Source of the DNA: Planctomycetota bacterium
GTDB lineage: Bacteria > Planctomycetota > Phycisphaerae > Phycisphaerales > SM1A02
Assembly: GCA_024226535.1 (NCBI GenBank)
Contig: JAAELP010000193.1
Span: forward strand, 2,706-66,705
Direction: 5' to 3'
Length of the DNA stretch: 64,000 bases
The notes under the pieces are model-generated. The model saw nothing but the letters and a program-made list of their open reading frames with translations. It ran no database searches and was not told the origin of the DNA. Within the stretch, counting starts at the first letter, position 1; each line of letters opens with the position of its first letter. Shown here one piece after another: positions 42,776 through 52,516 of this stretch. Position numbers and translations under genes: made by a program.

Positions 42776-43198
42776 ATGCCCCGATTCTCCCTCGCGTGCG
42801 CGGGCCTCCTCCTGGCCGTCCTCGGCGGCTGCGGCTCCGAAGAGATGTCGATCAACGAGGAAGCCAAGACGCTCAAGGACCTGCCCGGCCGGGGCGAGGC
42901 GGCCCGCGATGGCGACATCGTCTGCATCGACTTCCGCGTCGTCGTTCCCGACGAGGACGACGACGACCTCATTCCCAAGGGCACGGAGGTCCTGTACGGG
43001 GAGAACTTCTGCTTCACGCTCGGCGCCGGCGCGGTGATCGCGGGCGTGGACGAATCGGTGCCCGGCATGCAGATCGGCGGACGCCGCATCATCATGTGCC
43101 CGCCGCACATGCACTGGGGCCGCGGCGGCTACGGGAACGGGGCGATTCCGTCGAACACGTCGCTGCTGCTCGATCTCAAGCTGCATTCGATCGAGTAA
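42776..43198 (+). CDS. FKBP-type peptidyl-prolyl cis-trans isomerase lipoprotein
   Basis: Lipobox LAVLGGC. FKBP core DGDIVCIDFRV..FTLGAGAVIAGVDESVPGMQIGGRRIIMCPPHMHWG..IPSNTSLLLDLKL. Confidence 0.85.
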   Translation: MPRFSLACAGLLLAVLGGCGSEEMSINEEAKTLKDLPGRGEAARDGDIVCIDFRVVVPDEDDDDLIPKGTEVLYGENFCFTLGAGAVIAGVDESVPGMQIGGRRIIMCPPHMHWGRGGYGNGAIPSNTSLLLDLKLHSIE

Positions 43199-43206
43199 CG
43201 TCCGCG

Positions 43207-44151
43207 TCAGCCCGCGTACACCGGCGTCAGCTCCTCGCGCACACGCTCCAGGAGCGTCTTCGTGGCGCGGATGCCCTCCGGCTCGGTGTGCTTCGTACCC
43301 TCGTACTCGATGCCGACGTACCCGCGGTAGCCGGCGTCGAGGACGATGCGCATCATCCGCCGGTAATCGGTCTGGACTTCGTTGCCGTCGGCGTCGAACT
43401 CGTGGGTCTTGGCGCTCACGGCCTTGGCGAACGGCATGAGCTCGGTCACGCCCTGGTAGCGGTCGTACCAGTCGTCCTCGCCGACGCGGAAGTTGCCGAA
43501 GTCCGGCAACGTGCCGCAACGCGGGTGGTCGACCCGCTCGATGACGCTCGCGAGCCAGGCGCCGTTCGAAGAGAGCCCGCCGTGGTTCTCGACGATGACG
43601 TTGATGCCGTGGGTGTCAGCGAACTCGGTCAGCGTACGCAGACCGTCGGCGGCCAGCCCGCGCTGCTCGTCGGGCGCGCCACTGGACTGGGCATTCACCC
43701 GGATCGAGTGGCAGCCGAGGTGCTTCGCCGCCTCGACCCACCGGTGGTGGTTCTCGACGGCGGTGCGCCGGGCCGCGGTGTCAGGGTCACCGAGCGCGCC
43801 CTCGCCGTCCACCATGATCAGGAGGCTCCGCACGTCGTGATCGGACGCGACGCCCGCAAGCTCGTCCAGGAACGCCGTGTCCGTCGCCTTGTCCTTGAAG
43901 AACGAGTTGACGTACTCCACGGCGCCGATGTCGTAGTCGGTGCGTGTCACGCGCGGGAAGTCCAGCGCCGTCAACTCCCCAGCGAACAACGCCCGGTGCA
44001 AGGACCACTGCGCCAACGAGATCTCGTACACCGGTTCCGCTCCCTGCTTCGTGTCCCGTTCCGTCTTCTTCACGCGCCGGCCGCACCCGCCGAGCGTGAC
44101 CGCGCCGGCCATCGTCGCCAGGGCGCCGCGAACGAACACTCGTCGCTTCAT
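43207..44151 (-). CDS. exported xylose-isomerase-like TIM-barrel protein (sugar phosphate isomerase/epimerase family)
   Basis: [23 protein letters not shown] (Tat/lipoprotein-like signal). ..[36 protein letters not shown] 44151 overlaps the alaS stop (ATGA). Confidence 0.8.
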   Translation of the reverse strand: MKRRVFVRGALATMAGAVTLGGCGRRVKKTERDTKQGAEPVYEISLAQWSLHRALFAGELTALDFPRVTRTDYDIGAVEYVNSFFKDKATDTAFLDELAGVASDHDVRSLLIMVDGEGALGDPDTAARRTAVENHHRWVEAAKHLGCHSIRVNAQSSGAPDEQRGLAADGLRTLTEFADTHGINVIVENHGGLSSNGAWLASVIERVDHPRCGTLPDFGNFRVGEDDWYDRYQGVTELMPFAKAVSAKTHEFDADGNEVQTDYRRMMRIVLDAGYRGYVGIEYEGTKHTEPEGIRATKTLLERVREELTPVYAG

Positions 44152-47033
44152 CCCAGCACGCTCCCCGCGAACTCCCTCGCCGCCGCGACGGCCTCCGGCA
44201 CCTTCGCCGGGTCCTTGCCTCCAGCCTGCGCCTTGTCCGGCTTGCCGCCGCCTCCCCCACCACACACCTTGGCCGCCTCGCGGACCCAGTCCCCCGCCTT
44301 CAGCCCGCGCTTGATCATCGCCTTTGGTACCGCGGCCGCGATCGCGACCTTGCCCTCCGCCTCGTCCGGCGCGAACAGCATCGTCGCCGCCTCCGGGCAC
44401 TTCGCGCGGATGACGTCCATCGCCGACAGGAGCGTCTCCTTGTCGCCGCCGTCGATCGCCTCGACGATGACTTCCGCCGCCGCACGCTCCGCGATCGCCC
44501 GTGCCTGCTCGACGACGTCGCCGCGAGCGGCGCCCTGGGCCTGCTTGCGGATTTCCTTGACGCGCGTGCGCAACGTCTCCACGCGTCCGGCGAGCCGATG
44601 ACGCGCCGTAGTGCCAAGGTGCAGGTGCTCGATCTGCCCGCCGATCTCGTCGAACAGCCCCGGCAGCGTCGCCTCGTCCGCCGCCTCGGCCTCGGCGATC
44701 CGTTCCTCGTACGCGCCGGCGGCCATATCCGCCGCGACCGCCGCCGGTCCCGTCCACGCGAGGATGCGCCGGATGCCCGTGGCGAGCGACTGCTCCTTCT
44801 CGATCACGAACCGCGTCGCTTCGTCGGTGGCTCCGAGATGGGTCCCGCCGCAGAACTCGACGGAGTGGTCGAACCACGCCTCGTTCTCCGGGTCGGCGAC
44901 GAGCGTCTCGACGGGCTGCCCGATGCTCACGACGCGCACCGGGTCCGGGTAGCGCTCGCCAAACACCGCCCGCACGCCGTGGATCCGCTGCGCCTGCTCG
45001 AGCGGCGTGTCCGCCGCGTACACGTTCATCGCGCGCCCAATCGCGGCGTTGACCAGCTCCTCGACGCGGGCGACCTCCTCCGGTGTCATGGCATGCGAGT
45101 GCGTGAAGTCGAAGCGGAGTCGCGGCGGCGCGACCTCCGACCCGCGTTGCTCCACGTCGTCGCCGAGCACGGCGCGGAGCGCGTGGTTGAGCAGGTGGGT
45201 GCCGGTGTGGTTCATCATCGTCGGCCGCCGGCGATCGCGGTCGACGACGACTCTGACCTTGTCCCCGACGGCGAGCCGGCCCTCGACGCAGCGCCCGATG
45301 TGAAGCACGTAGCCGCCGACCTGGTGGGTGTCGTCGATCTCGAACCGGCTGTCGCCGGTGGATGGTGTTCCCCCACCCCCACGCGTGGCCGAAGCCCCGA
45401 GGTCAAACACGTCGGTCAGCATGCGGCCCCGGTCCCCGACCTGGCCACCCGACTCCGCGTAGTGGTTCGTGCGATCGAGGATCACCGCCACGCGCCGCCC
45501 CTGGCCCGCATGCTGGTCGAAGTCCGTGCTGTTCCAGATCGCCTTCACCGTCGCCGACACGGGGCGGCCGCCGAACTTGTCGTCGTCGCGCGTGGGCCGC
45601 ACGTTCAGGCTCTGGAGGCTCTCGAGCGCGTTCGGGGGCAGCGAGATCTCGTCGGACGCGGACGCGCCGGCCCGCGAACGCTCGCGGGCCTCGGCCATGC
45701 GTCGCTCGTAGCCCGCCTCGTCGACGGTCATGCCGCGCTCCTCGGCCATGACCCGCGTGAGGTCGATCGGGAACCCGTAGGTGTCGTGCAGCCGGAAGGC
45801 ATGCTCGGCCGTGATCACACCGCCACGCCCGCCGGAATCGGTCGCCGCCCCGTCGAACAGCTCCAGCCCTCGGTCGAGCGTGCGCAGGAAGCTCTCCTCC
45901 TCGTCACGGATGATGCCCGCGACACGGTCGGGGTTCTTCGCCAGCTCGGGATACGCGCCGGCGAGCGACTCGACCACCGCGGGAACGAGATCGCAGAGCA
46001 GCGGCCCGTCGATCTCCAGCGTCTGGTGGGCGTGACGCACGGCCCGGCGCAGGATGCGGCGCAGCACGTATCCACGATCCTCGTTGCCGGGCGGGCACCC
46101 GTCGGTGATCGCCATCGTCAGGCAGCGGACGTGATCGGCGATGACGCGGTAGGCCTCGTCGACGGGATCGTCGAACCGTCCCTGGTACGGGTGCGCGCCG
46201 GTATGCGTCGAGATCGCGCGGAAGATCGGCGTCCACAGGTCCGTGTCGTAGTTGCTGCGCAGACCCTGGAGCACGCGCACGAGACGCTCGAGCCCCATGC
46301 CCGTATCCACGTGCCGCGCCGGCAGCGGCATGAGCGTGCCGCCATCGCCCCGGTTGAACTGGATGAACACGAGGTTCCAGATCTCCACGACCTCGTCGTG
46401 TTCCTGGTTGACGAGCGTCGCGCCGTCCACGCGGGCCCGATCCTCGTCCGGACGTCCGTCGTAGTGAATCTCGCTGCACGGACCGCACGGCCCCGTCTCC
46501 CCCATCTCCCAGAAGTTGTCCTTGCGATCCCACCGGCTGACGCGTTCGGGCGCCACGTGACGGAGCCAGCACGACTCCGCCTCCTCGTCGGCATCGAGTC
46601 CGTCGTTCGCGTCGCCTTCGAAGACGGTCACGTAGAGCCGTTCGGGGTCGATGCCCCAGACCCCGGTGAGCAGCTCCCAGGCCCACTCGATCGCCTCTTC
46701 CTTGAAGTAGTCGCCGAAGGACCAGTTCCCGAGCATCTCGAAGAACGTGTGGTGGTAGCTGTCCTTCCCGACGTCCTCGAGATCGTTGTGCTTGCCGCCG
46801 GCGCGGATGCATTTCTGGCTGTTGACCGCGCGCGTGTACGGCCGCGTGCCCCGGCCGAGGAAGACGTCCTTGAACTGGTTCATCCCCGCATTGGCGAACT
46901 TGAGCGTGGGGTCGTCCCGCGGAACGACCGAGCTGGACGCGGCGAAGGCGTGGCCATGCCGCTCGGCGAAGAAGTCCAGGAACTCCTGTCGGATGCGGGC
47001 GGCGGTGCGGAGGGCGGAGGCGGACTCGGGCAT
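44148..47033 (-). CDS. alaS: alanine--tRNA ligase
   Basis: [66 protein letters not shown]. Start at ATG 47033 (residue 95 of track ORF 44148..47315; the upstream codons read through a repeat). Confidence 0.95.
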   Translation of the reverse strand: MPESASALRTAARIRQEFLDFFAERHGHAFAASSSVVPRDDPTLKFANAGMNQFKDVFLGRGTRPYTRAVNSQKCIRAGGKHNDLEDVGKDSYHHTFFEMLGNWSFGDYFKEEAIEWAWELLTGVWGIDPERLYVTVFEGDANDGLDADEEAESCWLRHVAPERVSRWDRKDNFWEMGETGPCGPCSEIHYDGRPDEDRARVDGATLVNQEHDEVVEIWNLVFIQFNRGDGGTLMPLPARHVDTGMGLERLVRVLQGLRSNYDTDLWTPIFRAISTHTGAHPYQGRFDDPVDEAYRVIADHVRCLTMAITDGCPPGNEDRGYVLRRILRRAVRHAHQTLEIDGPLLCDLVPAVVESLAGAYPELAKNPDRVAGIIRDEEESFLRTLDRGLELFDGAATDSGGRGGVITAEHAFRLHDTYGFPIDLTRVMAEERGMTVDEAGYERRMAEARERSRAGASASDEISLPPNALESLQSLNVRPTRDDDKFGGRPVSATVKAIWNSTDFDQHAGQGRRVAVILDRTNHYAESGGQVGDRGRMLTDVFDLGASATRGGGGTPSTGDSRFEIDDTHQVGGYVLHIGRCVEGRLAVGDKVRVVVDRDRRRPTMMNHTGTHLLNHALRAVLGDDVEQRGSEVAPPRLRFDFTHSHAMTPEEVARVEELVNAAIGRAMNVYAADTPLEQAQRIHGVRAVFGERYPDPVRVVSIGQPVETLVADPENEAWFDHSVEFCGGTHLGATDEATRFVIEKEQSLATGIRRILAWTGPAAVAADMAAGAYEERIAEAEAADEATLPGLFDEIGGQIEHLHLGTTARHRLAGRVETLRTRVKEIRKQAQGAARGDVVEQARAIAERAAAEVIVEAIDGGDKETLLSAMDVIRAKCPEAATMLFAPDEAEGKVAIAAAVPKAMIKRGLKAGDWVREAAKVCGGGGGGKPDKAQAGGKDPAKVPEAVAAAREFAGSVLG

Positions 47034-47058
47034 GGGAGGCGTAGTGTAGAGATTGCAG

Positions 47059-47154
47059 GGATGGCGGGGATGGCGGGGATGGCCGGGATTGCGGGGATGG
47101 CGGGGACGGTGGGGGGATCGTGGGGCGTCCGGCGGCGGCGGCGGTGGTGGTGGC
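47059..47154. repeat. G-rich tandem repeat: about 6 units of 9-mer GGATGGCGG (47059-47112, decaying to 47124), then (GGC/GGT)8 (47131-47154)
   Basis: Read directly: gga tgg cgg / gga tgg cgg / gga tgg ccg / gga ttg cgg / gga tgg cgg / gga cgg tgg / ggg gat cgt ggg .. ggc ggc ggc ggc ggt ggt ggt ggc. It lies in the alaS-tpiA divergent intergenic region. Confidence 0.85.
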
Positions 47155-47214
47155 CGGGGGGGTGAGGGTCCGCTATCCTGTGCGGTTCGCCCGATCCCGA
47201 GCCGGAGTTGCGCC

Positions 47215-48033
47215 GTGACCGCACGTATGCCCATCGTTGGCGGTAACTGGAAGATGAACACCGATCTCGCCTCGGCCGTCGAGTTGGCCGAGGACGTCGT
47301 CGCCGGCTGCGGCACGATGGTCGAGTCGTGTGACGTCGCGATGTTCCCGCCGTTCCCCTATCTCCAGGCGGTCGGACGAGCCCTCGGACACCACGGGCTC
47401 GTGCTCGGCGCCCAGGACGTCTACCCGAAGCCCGACGGCGCCTTCACCGGCGAGGTCTCCACGGCGATGCTGCTGGACCTCCACGCCGAGATGGTCCTCG
47501 TGGGCCACTCCGAGCGACGGCACGTCATCGGCGAGCGTGACGACCTGATCGCCGCCAAGCTCACCACCGCCCTCGCCGCGGGCCTCAAGGTCGTCCTCTG
47601 CATCGGCGAGACGAAGGAGCAGCGGACGGCGGGCACCACCCGCGACGTGCTGAACACGCAGCTCACGGCAGGCCTGGGCACCGTCGACGCCGACGGCATG
47701 CGCGACGTGATCATCGCCTACGAGCCGGTGTGGGCGATCGGCACCGGCGAGACCGCGACGCCGGAAGACGCCGAGAGCGAGCATGCCTTCGTGCGCGAGC
47801 GTCTCGCGGAGCTCTACGACGCGGACATCGCCGACGCTACGCGGATCCAATACGGCGGCTCGGTCAAACCCAATAATGCCGAGGAGCTCATCGCCGGCCC
47901 GAACATCGACGGCTTCCTCGTGGGAGGCGCGTCGCTCAAGGCCGATGACTTCCTGGCGATCATCCGCGCCGCCGCGGCTACCGCCGACGCCGGATCTTCC
48001 GAACGCTCGTACCGCGAGGCTCGCAACGCATGA
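47215..48033 (+). CDS. tpiA: triose-phosphate isomerase
   Basis: PIVGGNWKMN; VLVGHSERR; AYEPVWAIGTG; YGGSV. GTG 47215 is preceded by GGAG at a suitable spacing; alternative ATG 47227. The track ORF start at 47053 reads through the G-rich repeat. Confidence 0.9.
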   Translation: MTARMPIVGGNWKMNTDLASAVELAEDVVAGCGTMVESCDVAMFPPFPYLQAVGRALGHHGLVLGAQDVYPKPDGAFTGEVSTAMLLDLHAEMVLVGHSERRHVIGERDDLIAAKLTTALAAGLKVVLCIGETKEQRTAGTTRDVLNTQLTAGLGTVDADGMRDVIIAYEPVWAIGTGETATPEDAESEHAFVRERLAELYDADIADATRIQYGGSVKPNNAEELIAGPNIDGFLVGGASLKADDFLAIIRAAAATADAGSSERSYREARNA

Positions 48034-48494
48034 CCGTCACCTTCTTCGTTCTCACGCTCCTGTTCATCCTCGTGTCGTCGGCGATGATCCTGATCATCCT
48101 CGTGCAGCGCGCCCAGGGCGGCGGCCTCGCCGGCGCGTTCGGCGGCGCCGGCGGTGGCAGCACCGACACCGTCTTCGGCGGTCGCGTGGGCGATGCCCTG
48201 ACCTGGGCGACGGTCGTCGCCTTCATCCTCTACTTGTCCTTCGCGGTGATCCTGAACCGCGTCTCGCCGACGGGAACCGCTCCCATTCCGCCGCCGGGCA
48301 CGGCGGTGACGACGCCTCCGGCCGAGGGCGCCGACCCGCTGGCCACGCCCCAGGACGGCGAAGCGGAAGACACCACGGTGCCGTTCACGATCACGCCGAC
48401 CGTCACCCCCGTGGATCCGGCCGCGGCACCGACCGTCACTCCCGTGGATCCGGCCGCGGCACCGACCGGCGAAGGCGGCGGCACGCAGCCGTAA
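48030..48494 (+). CDS. secG: preprotein translocase subunit SecG with Pro/Thr-rich C-terminal extension
   Basis: MTVTFFVLTLLFILVSSAMILIILVQRAQGGGLAGAFGG..second TM WATVVAFILYLSFAVIL. Conserved tpiA-secG adjacency with ATGA overlap. Confidence 0.85.
   Translation: MTVTFFVLTLLFILVSSAMILIILVQRAQGGGLAGAFGGAGGGSTDTVFGGRVGDALTWATVVAFILYLSFAVILNRVSPTGTAPIPPPGTAVTTPPAEGADPLATPQDGEAEDTTVPFTITPTVTPVDPAAAPTVTPVDPAAAPTGEGGGTQP
48396..48461 (+). repeat. tandem 33-nt duplication inside the secG tail (PTVTPVDPAAA x2)
   Basis: ccgaccgtcacccccgtggatccggccgcggca is followed by ccgaccgtcactcccgtggatccggccgcggca, with a single mismatch. Confidence 0.85.
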
Positions 48495-48516
48495 CCAACC
48501 GGCGAGGGGAGCGGCC

Positions 48517-49404
48517 ATGATCCGTTCGATGACGGGATTCGGCGGAGCGTCGACGCAGGTCGACGGCGCGCACTACGCGCTGGAGATCCGCACCCTCAAC
48601 AACCGCTACTTCAAGGCGCAGGTTCGTCTGCCCGACGAGCTCCAGGGCCTGGAGGCCGAGCTGGAAGCGGCGATGTCGCGGCGTATCAACCGCGGCAGCG
48701 TCGTGCTCGCGGTGCGCTTCAGCGACACCTCCGCGGAGGCCGCGGCGCGGATCAACCCCGCGGTCATCGAGCGCTACCTCGAGCAGATGCACGCGGTGAA
48801 GGGAGTCGATCATGGCTCCACGCACATCGACATCGGCTCGCTGCTCGCCCTGCCCGGCGTGCTCATGACCGATCCCGACGAGGGCCGCATCGAGCGCTCG
48901 CGCGACGTGCTGCTGCCCCTGCTCAGCGAGGCGATCGACAAGCTCGTCGCGATGCGCGACCGCGAAGGCGAGGTGCTGCACGTCGAGTTGCACCGCCATT
49001 GCAGGCTCATCGCCGACCACCTCGAGGTGGTCATCGAGTGCGTCCCTCGCATCATCGAGCAGTACCAGCAGAAGCTGCACCAGCGCATGAAGACCCTGCT
49101 CGCCGACACCGGCGCCGCGGTGCGGGAAGAGGATCTCCTGCGCGAGGTCGCCGTGTTCGCCGAGCGCTCCGACATCGCCGAGGAGGTCGCCCGGCTCCAG
49201 GGCCATCTCGAGCAATTCGCCCAGATCATCGACTCCCCCACCGCCGAGCCCACGGGTCGCACGCTCGACTTCATCGCCCAGGAGATGCTTCGCGAGGCGA
49301 ACACGATCGGCAGCAAGTGCCTCGACGTGGAGGTCTCCCGCCGAATCGTCGAGATCAAGGGCGGGATCGACCGCATCAAGGAGCAGGTTCAGAACGTGGA
49401 GTAG
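48517..49404 (+). CDS. yicC: YicC-family stress-induced protein
   Basis: MIRSMTGFG hallmark N-terminus. C-terminal DIAEEVARLQGHLEQF..GRTLDFIAQEMLREANTIGSK. Confidence 0.85.
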   Translation: MIRSMTGFGGASTQVDGAHYALEIRTLNNRYFKAQVRLPDELQGLEAELEAAMSRRINRGSVVLAVRFSDTSAEAAARINPAVIERYLEQMHAVKGVDHGSTHIDIGSLLALPGVLMTDPDEGRIERSRDVLLPLLSEAIDKLVAMRDREGEVLHVELHRHCRLIADHLEVVIECVPRIIEQYQQKLHQRMKTLLADTGAAVREEDLLREVAVFAERSDIAEEVARLQGHLEQFAQIIDSPTAEPTGRTLDFIAQEMLREANTIGSKCLDVEVSRRIVEIKGGIDRIKEQVQNVE

Positions 49405-49483
49405 GGCCACTCCCCCGGGGGGCGATAACGACAAAAGAGCCACGACTCTGGCCCCGCGGCGGGTCCGGGTTATTCTGAACCAC

Positions 49484-50641
49484 GTGAAGCGCCGTACGTC
49501 CAAGTCCAGTCTGCGGTCCCCGGAAGCCCCGCCGCGGGAGAGGGTCGGATCGCAGGCGGAGCCGCACCTCGGGTCCGTCGTCGACGACGATCCTCGTGGC
49601 CGCGACCGTTTCGACGGTCCGGAGCTGGCGATCGTGCTGAGTCACTACGACCTCGGCGTGATTCACAGCATCAAGGAGTTCCTGCGCGGCTCGCGTCGCT
49701 CGCCCAAGGTGCGTATCACGAGCGGGCACGGGCGCTACCTGCTCAAGCGGCGGGCGGCGGGACGCGACGACCCCGAGCGCGTCGCGTTCGCGCACGATCT
49801 CCAGCGACGCCTCGAGCGCGAGCAGTACCCGGTCGCGGGGCTCATCCCCGTCCTTGGCAGCCACGCGTCGATGCTCCGCTGGGGCGGGCACGTCTACGAG
49901 ATGTTCCACTTCGTGGAGGGGACCCGCGACGACCAGTCCGAAGCGGCCGCCGCCGAGGCGGGGCGCGCGCTCGGGCGCCTGCACAGGATCATCGCCGACT
50001 ACCGGCACGGCGATCCGCACCCCGACGGAACCTACCACGATGCGTTCGGCATCGATGCCGCGCTGCGCCGCATCCCCGAGGTCGTGGGCGCGCGCAACCC
50101 GGCCGTGTCGCACGAGGCGATTGCGTCGATCTGCTCGCATCTCGGGGAGGCGTACCACCACGCGGCGGAGCGCGCCGAAGCGGCGGGTCTCGGCACGTGG
50201 CCGCAGCGCGCGATCCACGGCGACTGGCATCCCGGCAACCTGCTGTTCCTCGACGGGCGCGTGGTCGGCGTCATCGACTTCGACTCGGCGCGCATGGCAC
50301 CGCGGCTCATCGACGTCGCCAACGGTGCGCTCCAGTTCTCGATGATCATGAACGACCCCGACGAGCCGGATCGCTGGCCCGACGGCCTGGACGTCAAGCG
50401 GATGCGGGCCCTGCTCGCCGGCTATGATCACGAGTCCGACGCGGCGATCACGCCGGGTGAGCGCGAGGCGCTGCCGTGGCTGATCCTCGAAGCACTGATC
50501 CTCGAGAGCGTGATCCCGATCGCGGACACGGGTCGCTTCGCCCGGCTCGACGGTGCGGCATTCCTGCGGATGACCGAGCGGAAGGTGCGGTGGCTGAAGC
50601 CGCGAACGGCGAAGCTCGTCGAGTTCCTCGGCGAGCAGTGA
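49484..50641 (+). CDS. phosphotransferase-family kinase (APH / homoserine-kinase type II-like)
   Basis: Catalytic loop IHGDWHPGNLLF and VIDFDSA. Confidence 0.75.
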   Translation: MKRRTSKSSLRSPEAPPRERVGSQAEPHLGSVVDDDPRGRDRFDGPELAIVLSHYDLGVIHSIKEFLRGSRRSPKVRITSGHGRYLLKRRAAGRDDPERVAFAHDLQRRLEREQYPVAGLIPVLGSHASMLRWGGHVYEMFHFVEGTRDDQSEAAAAEAGRALGRLHRIIADYRHGDPHPDGTYHDAFGIDAALRRIPEVVGARNPAVSHEAIASICSHLGEAYHHAAERAEAAGLGTWPQRAIHGDWHPGNLLFLDGRVVGVIDFDSARMAPRLIDVANGALQFSMIMNDPDEPDRWPDGLDVKRMRALLAGYDHESDAAITPGEREALPWLILEALILESVIPIADTGRFARLDGAAFLRMTERKVRWLKPRTAKLVEFLGEQ

Positions 50642-50656
50642 GAAAGGTGAACGAGC

Positions 50657-51793
50657 GTGAGCGCTGTCGGCCATCCTGAACACGGAGCTTCGTCCCGCGG
50701 TCGCCGACCGCGTAGGTGGCTCGTGACAGCGGCGCTCGTCGCGGGCCTCGGTGCGACAGCCGTGCCGGCGGCGGCGCAGATCCCGACCCTGCCCGATCTC
50801 GATCGCAAGGAGCTGCGAGGACGCGTCGGACCGCTCGCCGTCCCCCGGATCCTCCCGAGCCCCGAGGAGTTGCGGGACGTCGAGATCGACCCGGAGCTGC
50901 GACGACTCGTGGACCAACTCGACGATCCGTCGTTCGATCGCCGCGAGGAGGCGACGCTCCAGTTGCTCTCCGAGCCCCTGGACGTGCGCGACCTCTGCTC
51001 GCTGCTCGAGGAGCCGGAGTTGAGCGCCGAGCGGCGCTACCGCCTCCTCGACGTGCTCCGCTGGCAACTCCGCTCGCGGCCGCGCGGCGCCCTCGGGATC
51101 CAGATGATGTGGCGGCAGAACACGCCGAACGAGCCCGGCGCCGTCGAGATCGTCCGGCTCCTTCCCGGACTGCCCGCCGAGCAGGTGCTCCTGCCCGGCG
51201 ACAAGATCACCCACGTCGACGGCCACGAGCTGTTCTACCAGGACGACCTCATCGTCATCGTCCAATCGAAGAAGCCGGGAGAGGCCGTGCGTCTCAACCT
51301 GCTCCGGCAGCGGCGCGACACGGAGGGAAATCTCGTCACCGTGGACGGGCGTGTCGCCTACGACCCGGTGGCGACCGAGCTTGGACTCGGCTCGGCGGAG
51401 AAGCTGCGCGACCCCGAAACCGGCATCATCACCCCCGCCGGGGCCGTGGACGAGGAACGCGTGAAGGAAGCGCTGATCGCGTCGTGGCGGTATGCCCCGC
51501 AGGCGCACGCGGTCGAGGTGATCACCGGCCGCGACGCGGACCTGCTCGCCCGCCAGACCCGCGAAGGGACGGTCGATGCCGAGGTCGAGAGCCACCCGGA
51601 GATCCAGGCGCTCCGCATGGAGCGCAGCCTGATCGACCGCGGCCAGCTCCGCCTCAACATCGAGCGCCGCCGCCGCTGGCAGCTTCGCCTCGAGGACGTC
51701 CTGCGCCGCGCCGAGGATCCGACGGCCACGGTCGAAGAACGTCGCCTGCTGGAACGCGTGGGCGAGCGGATGGAAGAGTTGATTCGACCGTAG
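50657..51793 (+). CDS. secreted PDZ-domain protein
   Basis: Signal RRPRRWLVTAALVAGLGATAVPAAAQ. PDZ-like GALGIQMM..GAVEIVRLLPGLPAEQVLLPGDKITHVDGHEL..QSKKPGEAVRLNLLR. Confidence 0.65.
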   Translation: MSAVGHPEHGASSRGRRPRRWLVTAALVAGLGATAVPAAAQIPTLPDLDRKELRGRVGPLAVPRILPSPEELRDVEIDPELRRLVDQLDDPSFDRREEATLQLLSEPLDVRDLCSLLEEPELSAERRYRLLDVLRWQLRSRPRGALGIQMMWRQNTPNEPGAVEIVRLLPGLPAEQVLLPGDKITHVDGHELFYQDDLIVIVQSKKPGEAVRLNLLRQRRDTEGNLVTVDGRVAYDPVATELGLGSAEKLRDPETGIITPAGAVDEERVKEALIASWRYAPQAHAVEVITGRDADLLARQTREGTVDAEVESHPEIQALRMERSLIDRGQLRLNIERRRRWQLRLEDVLRRAEDPTATVEERRLLERVGERMEELIRP

Positions 51794-51843
51794 GCAACAC
51801 CCGGGGCGCGTCGCGGTTTCTTTGGGGACTTCGACTGCGCAAT

Positions 51844-52459
51844 GGGAGACCTACCGCTGCGCCGGCGTCCTGCCGGCTCCGCTGACGGTTGGGCGGTTGC
51901 GCAAGGCAGCACCATGCACAGTTGGACGTCCGTGCTTCGACGCCGCGTCCTGCGGCTCACTCACGGAGTCCTTGGGCCGCCAAACCCGCGGGCATCCTGC
52001 CCGCTCGTGCAGGGACGTTCGGGCGTGGGTTTGGGCTATATGAGGCAGCTCCTCCGGAGCTGCGGGATTGCGCGGCGACCGCCCGCGTCCTGCGGGCTCG
52101 GTTGGTCGTGGTTCGAGCCCAAGGCGCGCATCGCGCGGGCTCAGCAATTGAAGCAAGCCGTGCACGGACGCACGGCGCAGCGATTGCCCCGCCGCGCCGT
52201 GCAGGAGGCGGCAGGACGCCGCCGGGTTTGCACCACCCCTGCAGCCCGTAGGGCTGCACTCAGATAGAGACGGCACCGTCCAGACGGCCTTAACAGAGCT
52301 GGCAGGATGCCAGCGTCTATGAGCACGCAAGAACTTCCCTGCATGAGCCGCAGGACGCGGCGTCGAAGCACGAGCGTCCAACCGTGCAAGGTGCTACGTA
52401 GCGCAACGTCCCAACCGTCAGCGAAGCCGGCAGGACGCCGGCGCAGCGGTCGGTCCCCC
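51844..52459. repeat. 616-bp hairpin-rich inverted-repeat mosaic (116-nt outer arms 51844-51959 and 52344-52459)
   Basis: The arms are reverse complements with about 12 mismatches in my hand alignment. There are eight short hairpins with loop GTCCT/ATCC (left half) or AGGAC/GGA (right half). No credible ORF. Confidence 0.8.
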
Positions 52460-52516
52460 GCGCTCCCGATCCAGACACTCGACCCACAACGGTTCCGAGT
52501 AAGGTACGCGCAGCCC

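Noticed and set aside
47053-47214. N-terminal extension of tpiA (MQGWRGWRGWPGLRGWRGRWG..GGGGGGGG) and the corresponding alaS extension (..PRHPRNPGHPRHPRHP..PPPPPPPP)
   Set aside because: Both are simply translations of the 9-mer and triplet tandem repeat in opposite directions. The conserved N-termini of TpiA and AlaS begin downstream of it.
51794-52516. Possible CRISPR array or tRNA/tmRNA in the repeat-rich gap, including the T-loop-like GGTTCGAGCCC at 52110-52120
   Set aside because: The repeats are inverted, heterogeneous in length and not separated by uniform spacers, and no cas genes are nearby. The T-loop-like string lacks a matching T-stem, acceptor stem and anticodon arm.
52307-52516. 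Upstream 70 codons of track ORF 52307..53155 (MPASMSTQELPCMSRRTRRRST...)
   Set aside because: These codons read through the right arm of the inverted repeat, and the mirror-image peptide appears on the other strand from the left arm. The protein-like sequence begins at ATG 52517.
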